This document shows, piece by piece, positions 12,839-26,318 of a DNA stretch of 64,000 nucleotides. Both the position numbers and the translations under genes were made by a program. The notes below the pieces were generated by a model, which saw nothing but the letters and a program-made list of their open reading frames with translations, did no database searches and was not told the origin of the DNA. This stretch comes from Bugula neritina (lineage: Eukaryota > Animalia > Bryozoa): NCBI GenBank assembly GCA_964035545.1, contig OZ037769.1, positions 1,364,001 to 1,428,000 on the forward strand. The letters run 5' to 3'. Positions within the stretch are counted from its first letter, which is position 1, and each line of letters begins with the position of its first letter.

Positions 12839-15800
12839 TCAGGTAACAGAACTATTTGGACTTGGCTTACTGTAAAGACTAACCGAATTATCCAAGTTGC
12901 TTCCCATTTCAGTTGCGAGTTTAGTGGAACCAGTTGCTGGTTTAGTAGAGCCAGTTGCTGGTTTAGTAGAGTCAGCTGTTGGTTTAGTAGAGCCAGTTGC
13001 TGGTTTAGTAGAGCCAGTTGAATCTCCACACAAGTCAACTCTGTTCAGTTGATCACTTATTTGAAAGTAACGGTCTCGGAAACTTTCGCTGTAATGATCT
13101 CTATTGGTAATACCAACCCAATCATCTTCCTAAGTACATGAGACATCAATGGATAAACATTATCAATTCTTGAATAAAGAAATGTTATAATTGACAGATC
13201 TTCACTAAATATATGCCTGATTTGTGTGCTGTACAACTTAAAAAATTTATTAAAATAAAATATTTAGGCGCTGATCAGATAGTAAGAAACTAACCTTGAG
13301 GGACGACGGTTCCCGTACCTTCTGTAAAGTAATAAGTCTACGGGCTATGAAAGTCGAGAGTATTTGCTCACAGTTGGATATCAATTTAAAGCAGGGATGT
13401 GAAGGTATATTCTCTTCGTGGTAACTACAAACCAACATGGTAGTCAAATCACTGCAAGATACCATTACAGACACAGTACTCAGTAGAAAGTCAACATCTG
13501 TTGTATACAAACGTACTCGGGTCTAAATATAGGAAGCCAGAACACAAGTTTCCCACCAAGTGTCAAGCACCTGCTACAGAGTGTCAGTAAATCAGTGAAG
13601 ACATCTGACAGGTTGTACTGTGATGTGGGTGGCATAAAGTAGGGTTTTCTGGAGTCTGGCGCGGGTGCTTCCAGTTTGAGTGTCTGTTCACGTATTCCGT
13701 AGGGAGCTGCAAGTACAGACAAGATTGCTAACATAATATCAACTGAATGGGTGGCAGGGAATTGAAATGAAATTGTGTAAAGTGATGTAAAGAGTGTGAT
13801 ACAACAGGTAAAGAATGTGATACAACAGGTAAATAATATTATGAAACAGGTAAAGAGTAAGATACAACAGATAAAGAGTATAACACAGCAGGTGAAGAAT
13901 GTGATAAAGATGAACGTACGGTCAGTAACGACGGCATCAAAGAGCCCTTCCATCGCCCAGAGGTTGTGCTTGGAGGCGTCAGCTACCAACACATCCAGGT
14001 ATTTGTCCTCCATGTTGTATTGTATAAAGTTTGCTCGCACGTTCTCATCTCGACCTCTCCATGTCTTCTTTGCTCTGCTAGACCTTCCTTAGAGTAGAGA
14101 TCAAAGTTATCATACGACATGACTAAAAGAAGCATCATATCCTTATTGCTATACGTGAATGGCATTATATACTCAAGGAGTTGTCTACTTATGTTCAGCA
14201 GTAAAAGAAGTGACGACTCCTACTCTATTTACTACACCAACTACTTTCTTACTGTGTATTACCAGTATAACAGAAACATAGCTTAGGTACCTCACCTCTG
14301 CCATGAAGCAATACTTTGTTAATATCTGTACCCACAGTGTAGGCTCCGTAGTGAGCACAGGCTAGGAGAAGACTGCCTGAAGAGAAACAGGGAGAGAAGA
14401 AATGGATTAGTCTCAATCATAACTCAACAAACAGAAACGGCAGAAATGACATCAAAATCAGAAACTGGTTTCAATAAATCGAGAAGGACTTCAAAATGTT
14501 GACTAAAATAATTGAAGAATTCATTTGAAATTCATTTTTCACAAAATTCAATCAACAAAACAAGAAGAAAGTAATTGAAAGATATATAACTTTAAACAAA
14601 ATAAGTATATAGTACGAGTGGTGTATATAGAAGACCCTATAAAGCATATTTAGGGGCTCCAGGTAAGCCGGAATATCCGAACCAGAGTGAAATACTAACC
14701 GGTTCCTACGAATGGATCCAGTACCAGGGAACTTCGAGTGACTCCAGCCATGTTAGCCATGAGCAAGGATAGCGTAGGATCCATACTGGTATTACCTGGG
14801 AAACACAGGGCAGTCTATGTTACCACACATAACGTATACCATGTTATACAGTAGAACACAAGCTATTATAACGCTCCTTTACAAACCTATAAACTTTCTT
14901 GTTTTTATGTTGAATTTCCGGATACTTTTTTCTCGACCACTTTCTGAGATCTAAATTTGAAAATAAAATGTATTCTACAGCTTTTTGCATGTAGGCAATT
15001 TAGACGTTGATAGAAATACATAAGGGCAGGCATTTAAGCAATTATAATAAACGATTGAATAATTACAATAATGCACAATATGACAATATTATATTATATT
15101 ACTATATACTATTATACAATATTCATGTGAGCGAGTCACCCCAAATAGAGCCTGTATGAATATGTATATCATATAGCCTTCATAGCCCTAATATTTAATT
15201 GGTGAAGTCAGAATCATAGCTTTGTTGTTGAAGAGTTACAGTAACTTATAGGAGTTCTCACAGACGTGCAGATTCTAACCAAACATGAGTGAGAGTGAAT
15301 GAATGGGTGAATATACACATGGTTAGAGAGTGATACTAACATGATGATTGAACAAACAACATGCGTGCTACTATGTGTCAGTAAGTAGTGGCATTTGTCA
15401 GCAGGTGGCAGCATATATAAGATATGTGTCAGCAGGTGTCAACATGTGTTAGACACATATTCTCTACACAAATGTTACAGCACAAAACACTTCTACCCAA
15501 TGCCTCACCAATTTACCAAAGTAGAACTTCAGAGGTTCAGCTGTAGACTGAGTTCCATGAGGCCCAAAATACTCAAACATGGAATAAACTGCATCGGGTT
15601 GACTCAGCTTTACCGGTGCGTCAATGTTGAGAGCTTCGGCTAAGGCCTAAAATTATAGCATCTCAGTTTTCTGGCCATTCAAAGTAAAAACAGACTATAA
15701 CTGAACATTATATAAGCATAAACAACCTAAAGATATCTAAATATAGTAATAAAATACAGTCTTTACAACTACAAATGATTAAAGTTTATATAATTTTATA

Positions 15801-17807
15801 TAGACAAGTATTTGAGATATTTCATACATCAATTCTGCGTAACCTCTCCTCCGTTCGGTTGGTATAACTTCTGTTGAAGGGCTCAATGCAGATCTTGTAC
15901 GACGTGCAGGACTCTTTCTCTTGCTACAGTATACATTACATTACACTGCTACAGTATACATTACGTTACACTGCTACAGAATACATTACATTACACTGCT
16001 ACAGTATACATTACATTACACTGCTACAGTACACATTACATTACACTGCTACAGTGTACATTACATTACACTGCTACAGTATACATTACATTACACTGCT
16101 ACAGTATACATTACATTACACTGCTACAGTACACATTACATTACACTGCTACAGTGTACATTACATTACACTGCTACAGTGTACATTACATTACACTGCT
16201 ACAGTACACATTACATTATACTGCTACAGTGTACATTACATTACACTGCTACAGTGTACATTACATTACACTGCTACAGTGTACATTACATTACACTGCT
16301 ACAGTATACATTACATTACACTGCTACAGTATACATTACACTACACTGCGAGGTTAGACATGTTGACATTGTATGCCACATCTAAAACTAGTGTAGCCTG
16401 GGGTCTAAGGAACATATAGAGTTACCTGCACATGGAGAGACACCTGGTGCAGGAGATCCTCCAAACTGTCAGACTCACACCAATACTCGTACACAGCCCT
16501 GTAAACAGGAGACAGATGTAGACACAGTACCTGTAGGTATATTACCTGTAGACACCTTACCTGTAGACACACGTTACCTGTAGACACATCACCTGTAGAC
16601 ATATTACCTGTAGACATATTTCCTGTAGACACACTTTACCTGTATATACAGCACCTGCAGATATAAATCACGTGTAGAGACATTACCTGTAGACAGATAT
16701 TACCTGTAGAGAGGTATTCCTCACCTTAGAGATATTGAACGACTACACAAGGTAGTCACATCATCTCGAGTCAAGTTGTGGTATTTTCTATAAGGACAAT
16801 CCTACAATAAGCATAAATTAGTTTAACTATTACTACTTGCATAAAGCAAGTTAACCAGTTATACTGGACATCTTAACTGTAGCTATAACAGAAACACCAA
16901 TATAAAATTAGTCTAGGGCACACAATTAAATACTGTGCAGAAAGCTACTAAATAGGTGCAATTAGAAATATCATACAAACCCCAGTCAACATGCATTTAC
17001 ATGAATGTGGCCACTGATTGAAAATACTAAACAACTATTACTAGCAGACACATTAGTTGGGTAGCTCGACCCCATGACTTTAAACTCTAATGTGACAAAA
17101 TAAGTCAAAACTATCTATCTATTGTATAATAATTGAAAGAGCTTAGAGATTATTTTTTATTCTTGCTACTATTAGAATATCTTTTATAAGATAACTTGAC
17201 AACCACTAGAGCTCAGTGCTGCACGCACCGTCACAGCAAACTAACCGGGGAGTAGATTTCTGAAGAGGTCAAGTCAATTCCAGTTGCATCCACAATACCT
17301 TTTAACTCCTAGAAAAACCAACATGACTTACAAACTTCATGACAAGCTTTATTGAGCTTCAAAAAGCATATTACGTTTGTTGTGTTTTTCCAATTATAAA
17401 AGCTCAAAATCATAGACTCTCCTTAAAGTAAAACTAAAGATATTTTAGTTAATATTGCAAAGCTTTTAGTTAAATTACATGAGACAAAATTTGATTCAAT
17501 TCCATTTCATACTCACATTGTTATTGTTGAGTATGGGCCTTAGATACTTGCACTTACAGTGGCATATCATAAATCTATATAAATTTGGTTCAACTAGTAT
17601 TAAAAGTAAACTTTGAAATTCATTTTCAACAATTTCCAAGCATCTTCGTAAAAACCATGGGCTATTGGCATTGCAAATAGAACTACTTTAAAAACTTTAA
17701 AGATAGCTACTTAGTAACCACTCGCTATCTTAGTCTGTAATTGTACTTACAGCATCTAAAAACCCTGGAAAATCATTCGAAAAATGCATAACAAAAGTTG
17801 AAGCCAT
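12839..17807 (-). CDS. TRMT11: tRNA (guanine-10-N2)-methyltransferase
   Basis: About 13 GT-AG exons from ATG 17807 (MASTFVMHFSNDFPGF) to TGA 12839. Motifs FIGNTSMDPTLSLLMANMA, LDPFVGTGSLL (SAM binding), GTDI, VTDPPYGIRE, GGKLVFWLP, NCEQ..RRLITLQK, SFRDRYF. Confidence 0.95.
15922..16348. repeat. Intronic minisatellite, 25-bp unit CTGCTACAGTATACATTACATTACA, ~17 copies
   Basis: Tandem array ending at the TRMT11 acceptor (exon starts 15923); source of the spurious ORFs 15874-16419. Confidence 0.95.
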
Positions 17808-18573
17808 TGTAACTGTTTACTGTGAAACAAACTGTCAATAATAGCAATCTTCAACCGTGAGTGTGCCTAAAAATAGAAATTAAAGTATAGAAAATACCTA
17901 TTCATGATCCTATAACTTTTAAGTATATAATTATAATAACCATTATATTTATTTACTATTCAGTATTCGGTATTTAATTTTAGTTTTAGAAAAGTCAAAA
18001 ATAATTATTAAAATTGGCAATACTTATACCAATTCAATTAGTATAAATATTAGTAAATTTAATTAACAAAGTACAATTACTAATAGTGATATTAATAATA
18101 ATACTAACAGTAATACTTATACCAATAGTAATACTAATAGTAATACTAATACTAATACTTAACTAGTTAATAATGATATTAATAGCAAAAGCAATACTTA
18201 TAGTTATACTCCCAACCAACTTGAACTTGAACTAGTATACAACTTGAACTTAGTATAATTAACATTTAGGAATTAAAAAGCTGTAACAAAACTGGTACCA
18301 CTGGTTTGTTATTTACAAACATAGAGTTCATTTTACTTTTTTGACACCCCAAAGGCAGAAAGAAATGTAGCGATATGAAATTGAAGTGAAATGAGCATGA
18401 CTACAGCCATGGGCGCAGCCATTGCTTACTACCTAATTAACCTATCAAAGCATACGTCTGATAAAGGCACTGTTGTCAAGCTTGATTCGCTATCGGTTAA
18501 TATTTCTTATAAAGCGAAAGTGCAAGGGTTATTACCCACTTCAGTTTTTCACAGATGTCAACTGTCTTCAGTA

Positions 18574-19694
18574 ATGGAAATTCCTGGCTTAGAATTGCTA
18601 TTTTCTTCAATTTCATCTTCTTTGACAAATAAGCTAGACTCGTTGGTAGCTTTAGTGCATTGGCTGATTGTCAAAGAAAACGCAAAATGTTTACAGGATT
18701 CTGAAGGGGTATAAATTATTATTAATATTTATATTATTATTAATATTATAAGTTAGACTATAAGTATAACTATAAGACTATAACTATCACTATTATACAG
18801 TTATGCTTATAATAAGTTTAACTGTATAATAGTGATAGTTATATTTGAATTTAGTTTTACTATTATTATTAGGTACTATTAGTATTACTATTACTAATAG
18901 TAATACTAATAATTATATTCATAGGTAGTAGGTACTATCACTACATCCATACACTATAGTTAAACAATAGCAAAATTTCATAACAGTTTGAGTTGTGATT
19001 TACATTCACAAGCCATCAATCTTGAATTATAAATTATTGAATACCTAATAATAATATGAATATTATTTGATATTTTGATTTCAATACTAATCTTGATGTA
19101 GACTATTTTTAAATTTAAGATACTAATCAGTAATTAACATTTGCTTTGTTGTTGTCATCATTATAATTAATTCTTGGCTCTTGACTCATGGCATGGCTTT
19201 TTGAATGCCTCTGTCTACTTTTCTTTTGCATATGTAAATCCTAAGTTTTCTTTGTCTGTTGAAGTCTGACTTTGGAATATTCTGGAAGCAGAAAGTTAAA
19301 GGCTAGCTAGAAGTTTCTATATACTTATACCTTAACCGTTTAATTAATTTTACTTATTTATAATAATAGCAATTATGCATTATTCGATAATTATTTTATA
19401 CAATTTATTTTGGTCTGAGCAATTACAATTTTTTCTATTTTGAGGTAAGCAACTGATTTCCTGTTGCTTGACAATATATCGTGTTACAGTCAAAGCTGGG
19501 AGAGGTGCTTCCTCCTGGCTGGAATGCAGACTCAAACGAATACACTCTTCAGTATGTTGCTAATGGCAAACGCTACGTTCTCAAAATCATTCGAGTGGAT
19601 CAAACAGCCCTTCTCCATTTCATGGTAAAGCAACTTACTTTGGTTGATGGCCAAAACTGAAGTTGTGTGTTTTTGCTAGCATATGTTGTATTTA

Positions 19695-19758
<64 letters not shown>

Positions 19759-21625
19759 TACACATTTGTGTTCGAACATTTGGTACTGCTGCATATAGTC
19801 CTGTGATATACCTGAATATAGTCTGAGTTCCACCCTGGCTATTCTGTTTTCTAGGAACAAGATTCTGACAGATTGGCTGTACTCAATATCAACATTGATG
19901 ATGTCATTTCCTCTGAATACTCTCAGTTTGACAGGTATTTTTGGTGAAAGTTTTTATGAAAACACTAAGCTTGCAGTGTTTATTATTCTCCTCTAATCAT
20001 GTGGTCTTGTTTCAGGGCTTTTGTTGATCTCGAATTGTTTCACGGGAAGTTTAAATCTGAAATCAGCCCCATTGTAACCGTACCCAGCGGCACCTCTTCT
20101 CGACAGTCTTCTCAAAGACATGACCCCCTTAGAGCAGACCCCCTCAGAGCAGACCCCCTTAGAGCAGACCCCCTCAGAACAGACCCCCTTAGAGCAGACC
20201 CCCTTAGAGCAGATCCATACAGGTGCAGTATAGATATTTTATATACAAACTAATAGCAGATTTACACAATTTGTATACTTTTTACTGGTTATGATTCCTC
20301 ATAACTATGAATAAGTGCTAGCAGAGTAGGTTGAGGCTAGACTGACAGTGCTAATTTAGTGCTTGCATGTGGTGATTATATTAATAGAAGATTTACAGCG
20401 TGTAGCTGTATCAAGAGAGAACGATTCACAAAGAAAAACTCTGTTGAAATACACAGGTTTATGTTTAACTCGTTTTATCTGTGATATTGATACTAGTACT
20501 TTAATATCTTTCATTGCGGCATTTTAAAATATTTGAAGAACTTTGTTTTATTTTTCCTTACAATTTTTTTAGCTTGGAGTTTATTTTTTTGAATTGTATT
20601 TTGTGCAATATAGGAAAGGATAAAACACAGCAATTGTTGAAATAACTGACTATTTATTTGATAGCCTATCAAAAGTACCTTATGAATAGTTTCTTTTAAC
20701 TTTCTATCACTGGCTGCTCATTTCTGAAATGCTGTTCATCCAATCAGAGACTTTCGTCCAGGAGTGGATCCATTCAATGTTGGGGTTGGAGACTTAGATC
20801 CTCTGAGAGCCGGACGGGGTGGGGGTGGTATGATCTTTGACCCTTTCCGAGGAGGTTCCAGAGGTGGATTTAGGGGTGGGATTCGTCCCGGAGCTGGCGG
20901 AAGTTTTTTACCTCCGTAAGTTTATTACGTTGCTCTAAAACATCTGCTTTGCTTATAAAACTATAAAACTAGTCATTAAAAGAAAATATAGTTACTATAA
21001 GATAAGTTTACGCATTAAGCATATGTTTTACCAAGTCACTAATTCTCTACGCTCCTTTTTGAAAATTGATTCATGGTAAGCTGGCTTTATCTGGTTGAAT
21101 CTCCATGAAGTGCTATAAAAGCACTGCAACACGGCAACAAAATCTTGTCTACAGTATTATGCTTTACATATCTAACATTAATTGTGTATTTGAGAGTTGT
21201 GTTGTCTGTGTAACAGTTGTATTATCTTCCCAGCACTGTGCTCTCTATATCGAGTTGTGTTCTTTGCTTCAGAGGCTCAGTCCCTCCTGGGGCGAGGTTT
21301 GATCCTTTTGGTCCTGACATTGAGGATGACAGGAGAAACCCTTTCAGATCTGGGTAAGTTCATACTTGTAAGTTACTTCATATACTTGCATGTGAGTTGC
21401 TCTATATGCTTACATATAAGTTACTTTTTATACTCGCTTATAAGTTCCCCTGTGCACTTACTTGTGAGTTACTCCATATACTTGCCTATAAGTTACTCTA
21501 TATACTTACCTTAATATGATTGCGAGCCAGTCTACCCACATATGTACAGCTCAGTTTGTTGTCAATTTTCCAGGCCAACTCCCGATCACATGCGACCACC
21601 AGATTTTGACGATCAATTTATGTAA
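18574..21625 (+). CDS. PSMF1: Proteasome inhibitor PI31
   Basis: Exons 18574-18708, 19490-19624, ~19855-19934, ~20016-20222, ~20748-20915, ~21273-21353 and 21574-21625. FP-domain start MEIPGLELLF..LVALVHW, LPPGWN; C-terminal GDLDPL..GGMIFDP, PPGSVPPGARFDPFGP, PTPDHMRPPDFDDQFM*. Confidence 0.95.
19702..19753. repeat. (TA)n microsatellite
   Basis: Directly visible. Confidence 0.95.
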
Positions 21626-22668
21626 CAGAGCTGTTCGTCGAATCAAAGATAAGCTCCACAAAGACGTTGTGCATTTCTTCATCCCTATTTAAAGCTCTTA
21701 GTACATACCCCAGACTGCTACACTGCTCTATTATAAACTACTCTGTGTGCATCTGGTTAAGCTTATGTTAACTCGTTAAATGCCATTCCTATGTCACCAT
21801 GTTACTAATCATATTGATATTTTCAAGTCCTAGATGTATGAATGCAGTTTTTCTAACTAATTATTTTTATGTTGGCAGTTGTATTTTACTAATTTAGTGT
21901 ATTTACTGTAATAAATACAAGCCTTCAGGCCACACTACTTCATGCCATTGCATATTTTGTATACTCCGTCAAACTCAGAATATTCAAACATGGGAATGAC
22001 TCAATTCGAAGCAAATACTTGTAATATTCTCTTTAGTATTTTTCAATAACTATAGTCTAAGTTACAACAATGTGACATGTTAGAATATACAGTTGATGGA
22101 CAGATATTTGGTTCTATTGGGAGGCACTCTATTGTACTATGCAAACATCTCTCTGTATATAATAACCTTTATTCACCACATATGAGTTACCAACATACAA
22201 TAACTGAAAACATTGAGTCGTAAAGAAATAATTCAGAAGATATGGAGTTGTTCTCTTTTGTGCATAAAGTAGAAAGTAAAGATAACGCCTTAATAAAGTA
22301 CACAATATACATACCCTCAGTAGCTTGTCATTATCAAGGCGGGCACCAAAACCACTCTTTGGTGAAACAAACCTTTGGAATTATTTTCACACTACTGTCA
22401 CCAATAAAACATAACCCATAAATTTATATAAAAATAATTATACAACATGCAATGCATATTTTTTCTAATTTAAACATTTACACTGATAATGCACCTTGGT
22501 ATGACTGCTGTAAGAATATGCCTATAAGTTAAGTCTCACGTTTTGGCTCAAGTAAATATGTCACATTATACATAATCATCAGCACCATTTACAGTCTTCA
22601 GCTGTAGCCCGTAAATATATTTACAGTACACTTCTCTTGAGGAATGTCAGACTAGATCCAAAATACAA

Positions 22669-25600
22669 TTACTTGAGTGGGTCAAGAGAGCTGAGGTCAA
22701 AGTCTTCTATGCCGATAACCAGTCCACCTTTGAACCCGTGCTGCAAGTAGACGAGTAGACAACTTACAACATAAGCAGGCAACAGTGAACAAACTGTGGG
22801 GTCAACCACTAAACATGCTCTAAGATAACGGTACACGGTGCAACCAGTGCTGCGGTTAGTAACTAGCCACTTCGGAGTATCTCATGCTGGTTTCTCAAGC
22901 TATGCAAGCATTCAAGTGGCGTTTAGACTGAATTCTTGGGGTTGAACACAACGCGCGTGTGGGCAGTGACAACAGCTAGCCTAATAATACCTTACAAACT
23001 TTCTAAAAATACGTAAAACATGTGTAAGTACAAAAAAGCTAGTGGCAAAATCTCAGTATTTGAAACAGCATAAATATACTAACAATATATATAACAGTTC
23101 ATACTAAAATAATAGAAGTCCTAATTCATGCTAAAGTATCATAAAATAATGGACAAAACATAAGTGAAGCATTTTACATTATAATAAGAAAGTTGGAATA
23201 TAAATATATAATATATCTAAAGCTAGCCCCAAACGACATACTCAATATTTTGAATCTGCTTGTTTAAAAATGAAAAAGTGAAATTAAAAACTTGAAAAAA
23301 CACTTACTATGTTATATATATTAAGTAATTCATATATAAATTGGGTATAGATTGTAACTTACCTCCATGTCGGCCATTTCACTCGGATTAAATGCCGGCA
23401 TACCGAACTCATCTGTAATTCCGTAAATAGAACATGTATATACAGACTAGATTACAGAGTATATACAGATTGAGTATAAAGTAAGTACAGAGTAAGTACA
23501 CAGTAAGTACAGAGTAAGTGCAGAGTATACAGAGTAAGTACAGAGTAAGTGCAGAGTAAGTACACACAGTGACACCCACCAAAGTTGTGAGAGGGGAGAG
23601 CAGGCTGAAATGGATTGGGTTGAGGTGGAGTCAAGTTAGACTGAGGACTTGTTCTTTGACTAGACTTGGAGGAGGGTGGAGGTGCCACTACAACATAATC
23701 AAAATATCTTTGAAGTTTTAGTCTAAAGTAAATCTTCAAGGTAACAGATTGGAATACATATAGATGAAGGTAATACTGTAGTTCCCTAACACAGCTGGTC
23801 TACTAGTGAGGTGAGTTAGGACCCCCCCCAACTCCTATACAACTACAGATCTCAGACTATGTCAACTATTCAATCACAGAAATTTCTAACAGTTCTAAAG
23901 AATAGTAAAGAGTTTATACCATCAGTCTCTCTGTTATACTCCCTACTGTACATAGTAACACTCACGTTTAGGCTGCACAGTGGCGTATATATCGCCATTA
24001 GACTGAGTTCCGTTGGTCAATGACATGTGACTAGGGGGCTGTGAAGGTCGAGGGTTGAAGTCGTCTGTGAATATCAACCCCTCCAGCCTGGTGCCCACAG
24101 CTGGTCCATTAGAACTCGGCTAGAAGAGGTAGGAAAACTTGGTAAGTTGTTTGAGGTAGAGAATACTAGCAGGATAATTGCTTTTGTAGCACACCCCTTT
24201 ATAACACACCCCCCCCCCCCCCCCCCGTAACACATCCCTGCAACACATCCCTGTAACAGCCCCTCTGTAACACACCCATGTAATACATCATCATATGTCT
24301 ACTCACTACAGTAACGCTCGGTGTCAAAGACTGGGCGAAGGCGGAGCTAGAATTTTTCTCTGCTTCCAGTTCCGCTACTCTTTTCTTCAGCAACATATTC
24401 TCTTCTTCTAACTTCTTCACCTGTAGTGTTAGATCACAGGCTAATTAAATGACATCTGATAGATGAAGATAGGAGCCAGTCTAGCTAGTCCTGGACCACA
24501 GTCTATTGTAGCCTTAGAAACCTCACAATTACCTGCTGCTGCAGATCTGTCAACTGTTTATCTTTTTCCATTTGTGTTTCCTTTTTCTCAAGAAACCTTT
24601 TATATGCCAAATCGAATGCTTGCCCAATAGTGAGAGTTATCTCCTCGGCCTAGAAAAGAAAGCACAACTCTACAATACACTTAGCTAAAAATTCAAAATG
24701 CATATTATATTATACAGTTTCATGTTCTCACAAGCAATAGCAATAGTAAATGAGCAACAGATTCTACAAACGGCAAATTACTTTGTCCTATTTTGATCAG
24801 TGAATGATTTTCAGCAGCTAAGCATCAATACAAACAACTAGAATATTCTATTTCTATCTGAGACTGTAATGGAGGATATTGAGTGGACAGACAGTGTTAT
24901 CTTTAGTATCTAATACAGTGTATAGAGTAGATAACCCCATCAGTTGACAAATAACAGTATATATGTTACATCGTGTCAGGGAATGGAAGAACAAAGGAAG
25001 TAGAATGTGATAAGAAATGCCAAAGCTGAGTACAATTATAACTGTTTACACAACATCAGGTCTGAACAATAGACAAATTCAATCTACTTTTTCAAGACAC
25101 AGAGAGATAAAGAGAAAGATAAAACTGAGAGATAAAGTAAAGATATGTAAACCAAAGGAGAGGTAACTAAAGTGTGTCCAAACTGTGGGAATGAAAATAA
25201 ATTCTGACTCTGACGTTAAAGTAGAGAAAGAAAAACTGGAATATTCAAGATAGAGAATTGTAAATGAAATAATAAGACTGGTTAGTAAAATGATTGAGTG
25301 AGTAGGGAGTGAGACTGAGTATTTCATGGAGTAAAGAGTGAGACTGAAACTTACATTTTTCTCACTGCCGAGGACAAAGCAATGATGTTTGCCGGTGGTT
25401 CCATCTTTTGCTATAAATGTGAAGAGTTTCTTCTCCGACTTATCATCGGCGCAGTAGGAGATGTGGTGCAGGGGGAACTTATATTGTTGGATCTTAGTCT
25501 TGGGGTCTTGTATTGATATGCCATCTACATTAATGCAGAGTTCAACTTTCGGGGTCACTTTATGTCCTTCTGCTTTCCTCAATTGCTTGTGAAACTAGAA

Positions 25601-26318
25601 ACAAATTGAGGTAAAAACAACCGTATTGACTAGCAGCTAGATTTCTACCAACAGGCATATTAGCAGCTAGATTTCTACCTGCAGGCTGTGCAGCTATCCT
25701 TCAAGGAGTTGATTGTTTAGCAAGATAAATTTCCCAGCAGGTTAACAACTATGAATACATGTAATTTGCTACAGAGGTATCATATTAAACTAGACAGATA
25801 CTGAGCCTTCTTCTTCTAGTATATTATTATAGTATTGTTTACTTAGTTACATATGTTACTACGACAACCAATAGCCTCAAACCTTTCAAGACATTGAGAA
25901 TCTAAAAAATTTTGATATAAATAAGTCCTATTGAAGTGAACGAATACATGTACTGTATGCTATAAATAATGACATATTAGGTTGACAAAAATGAAGAAAG
26001 AATCATTTCCATTCAAGTCAAATTCTTACTAGTCCTAAAGATTTCATGTCTCAAGCAAGCCATCAGGGATTATGAAAATTTACTGATATGCCAGTTAGCT
26101 GGCCTTAGACATGACCAATAAGGGTGGAGATGATTTAAAAGTATTAAATAGTACCATACCTTCATCTTTCTAACGGCTTCTTTAATTGGTTCAGTGCCTT
26201 TAGCCTGTTGCACCTCCTGGTCCCCATAGAACTTCACATTATACACCAGACGCCCCCTCAAAAGGGCCTCAGGGGAGTGAGGCCACTGCTTGTTTGCCAT
26301 CACATGTTTACTACTCAT
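22669..26318 (-). CDS. GULP1: PTB-domain engulfment adaptor GULP1/CED-6
   Basis: Exons ~26160-26318, 25355-25594, 24533-24649, 24306-24420, 23966-24119, 23578-23687, 23363-23412 and 22669-22740. Motifs WPHSPEALL, AKGTE.IKEAVRKM, PLHHISYCADDK, AEEITLTIGQAFDLAYKRFL, a leucine zipper (LEEENMLLKKRVAEL) and DDFNPR. Confidence 0.93.

Noticed and set aside
18391-18573. N-terminal extension of PSMF1 from ATG 18391
   Set aside because: Homology to PI31 begins at MEIPGLELLF (18574); the upstream part is probably promoter or 5'UTR.
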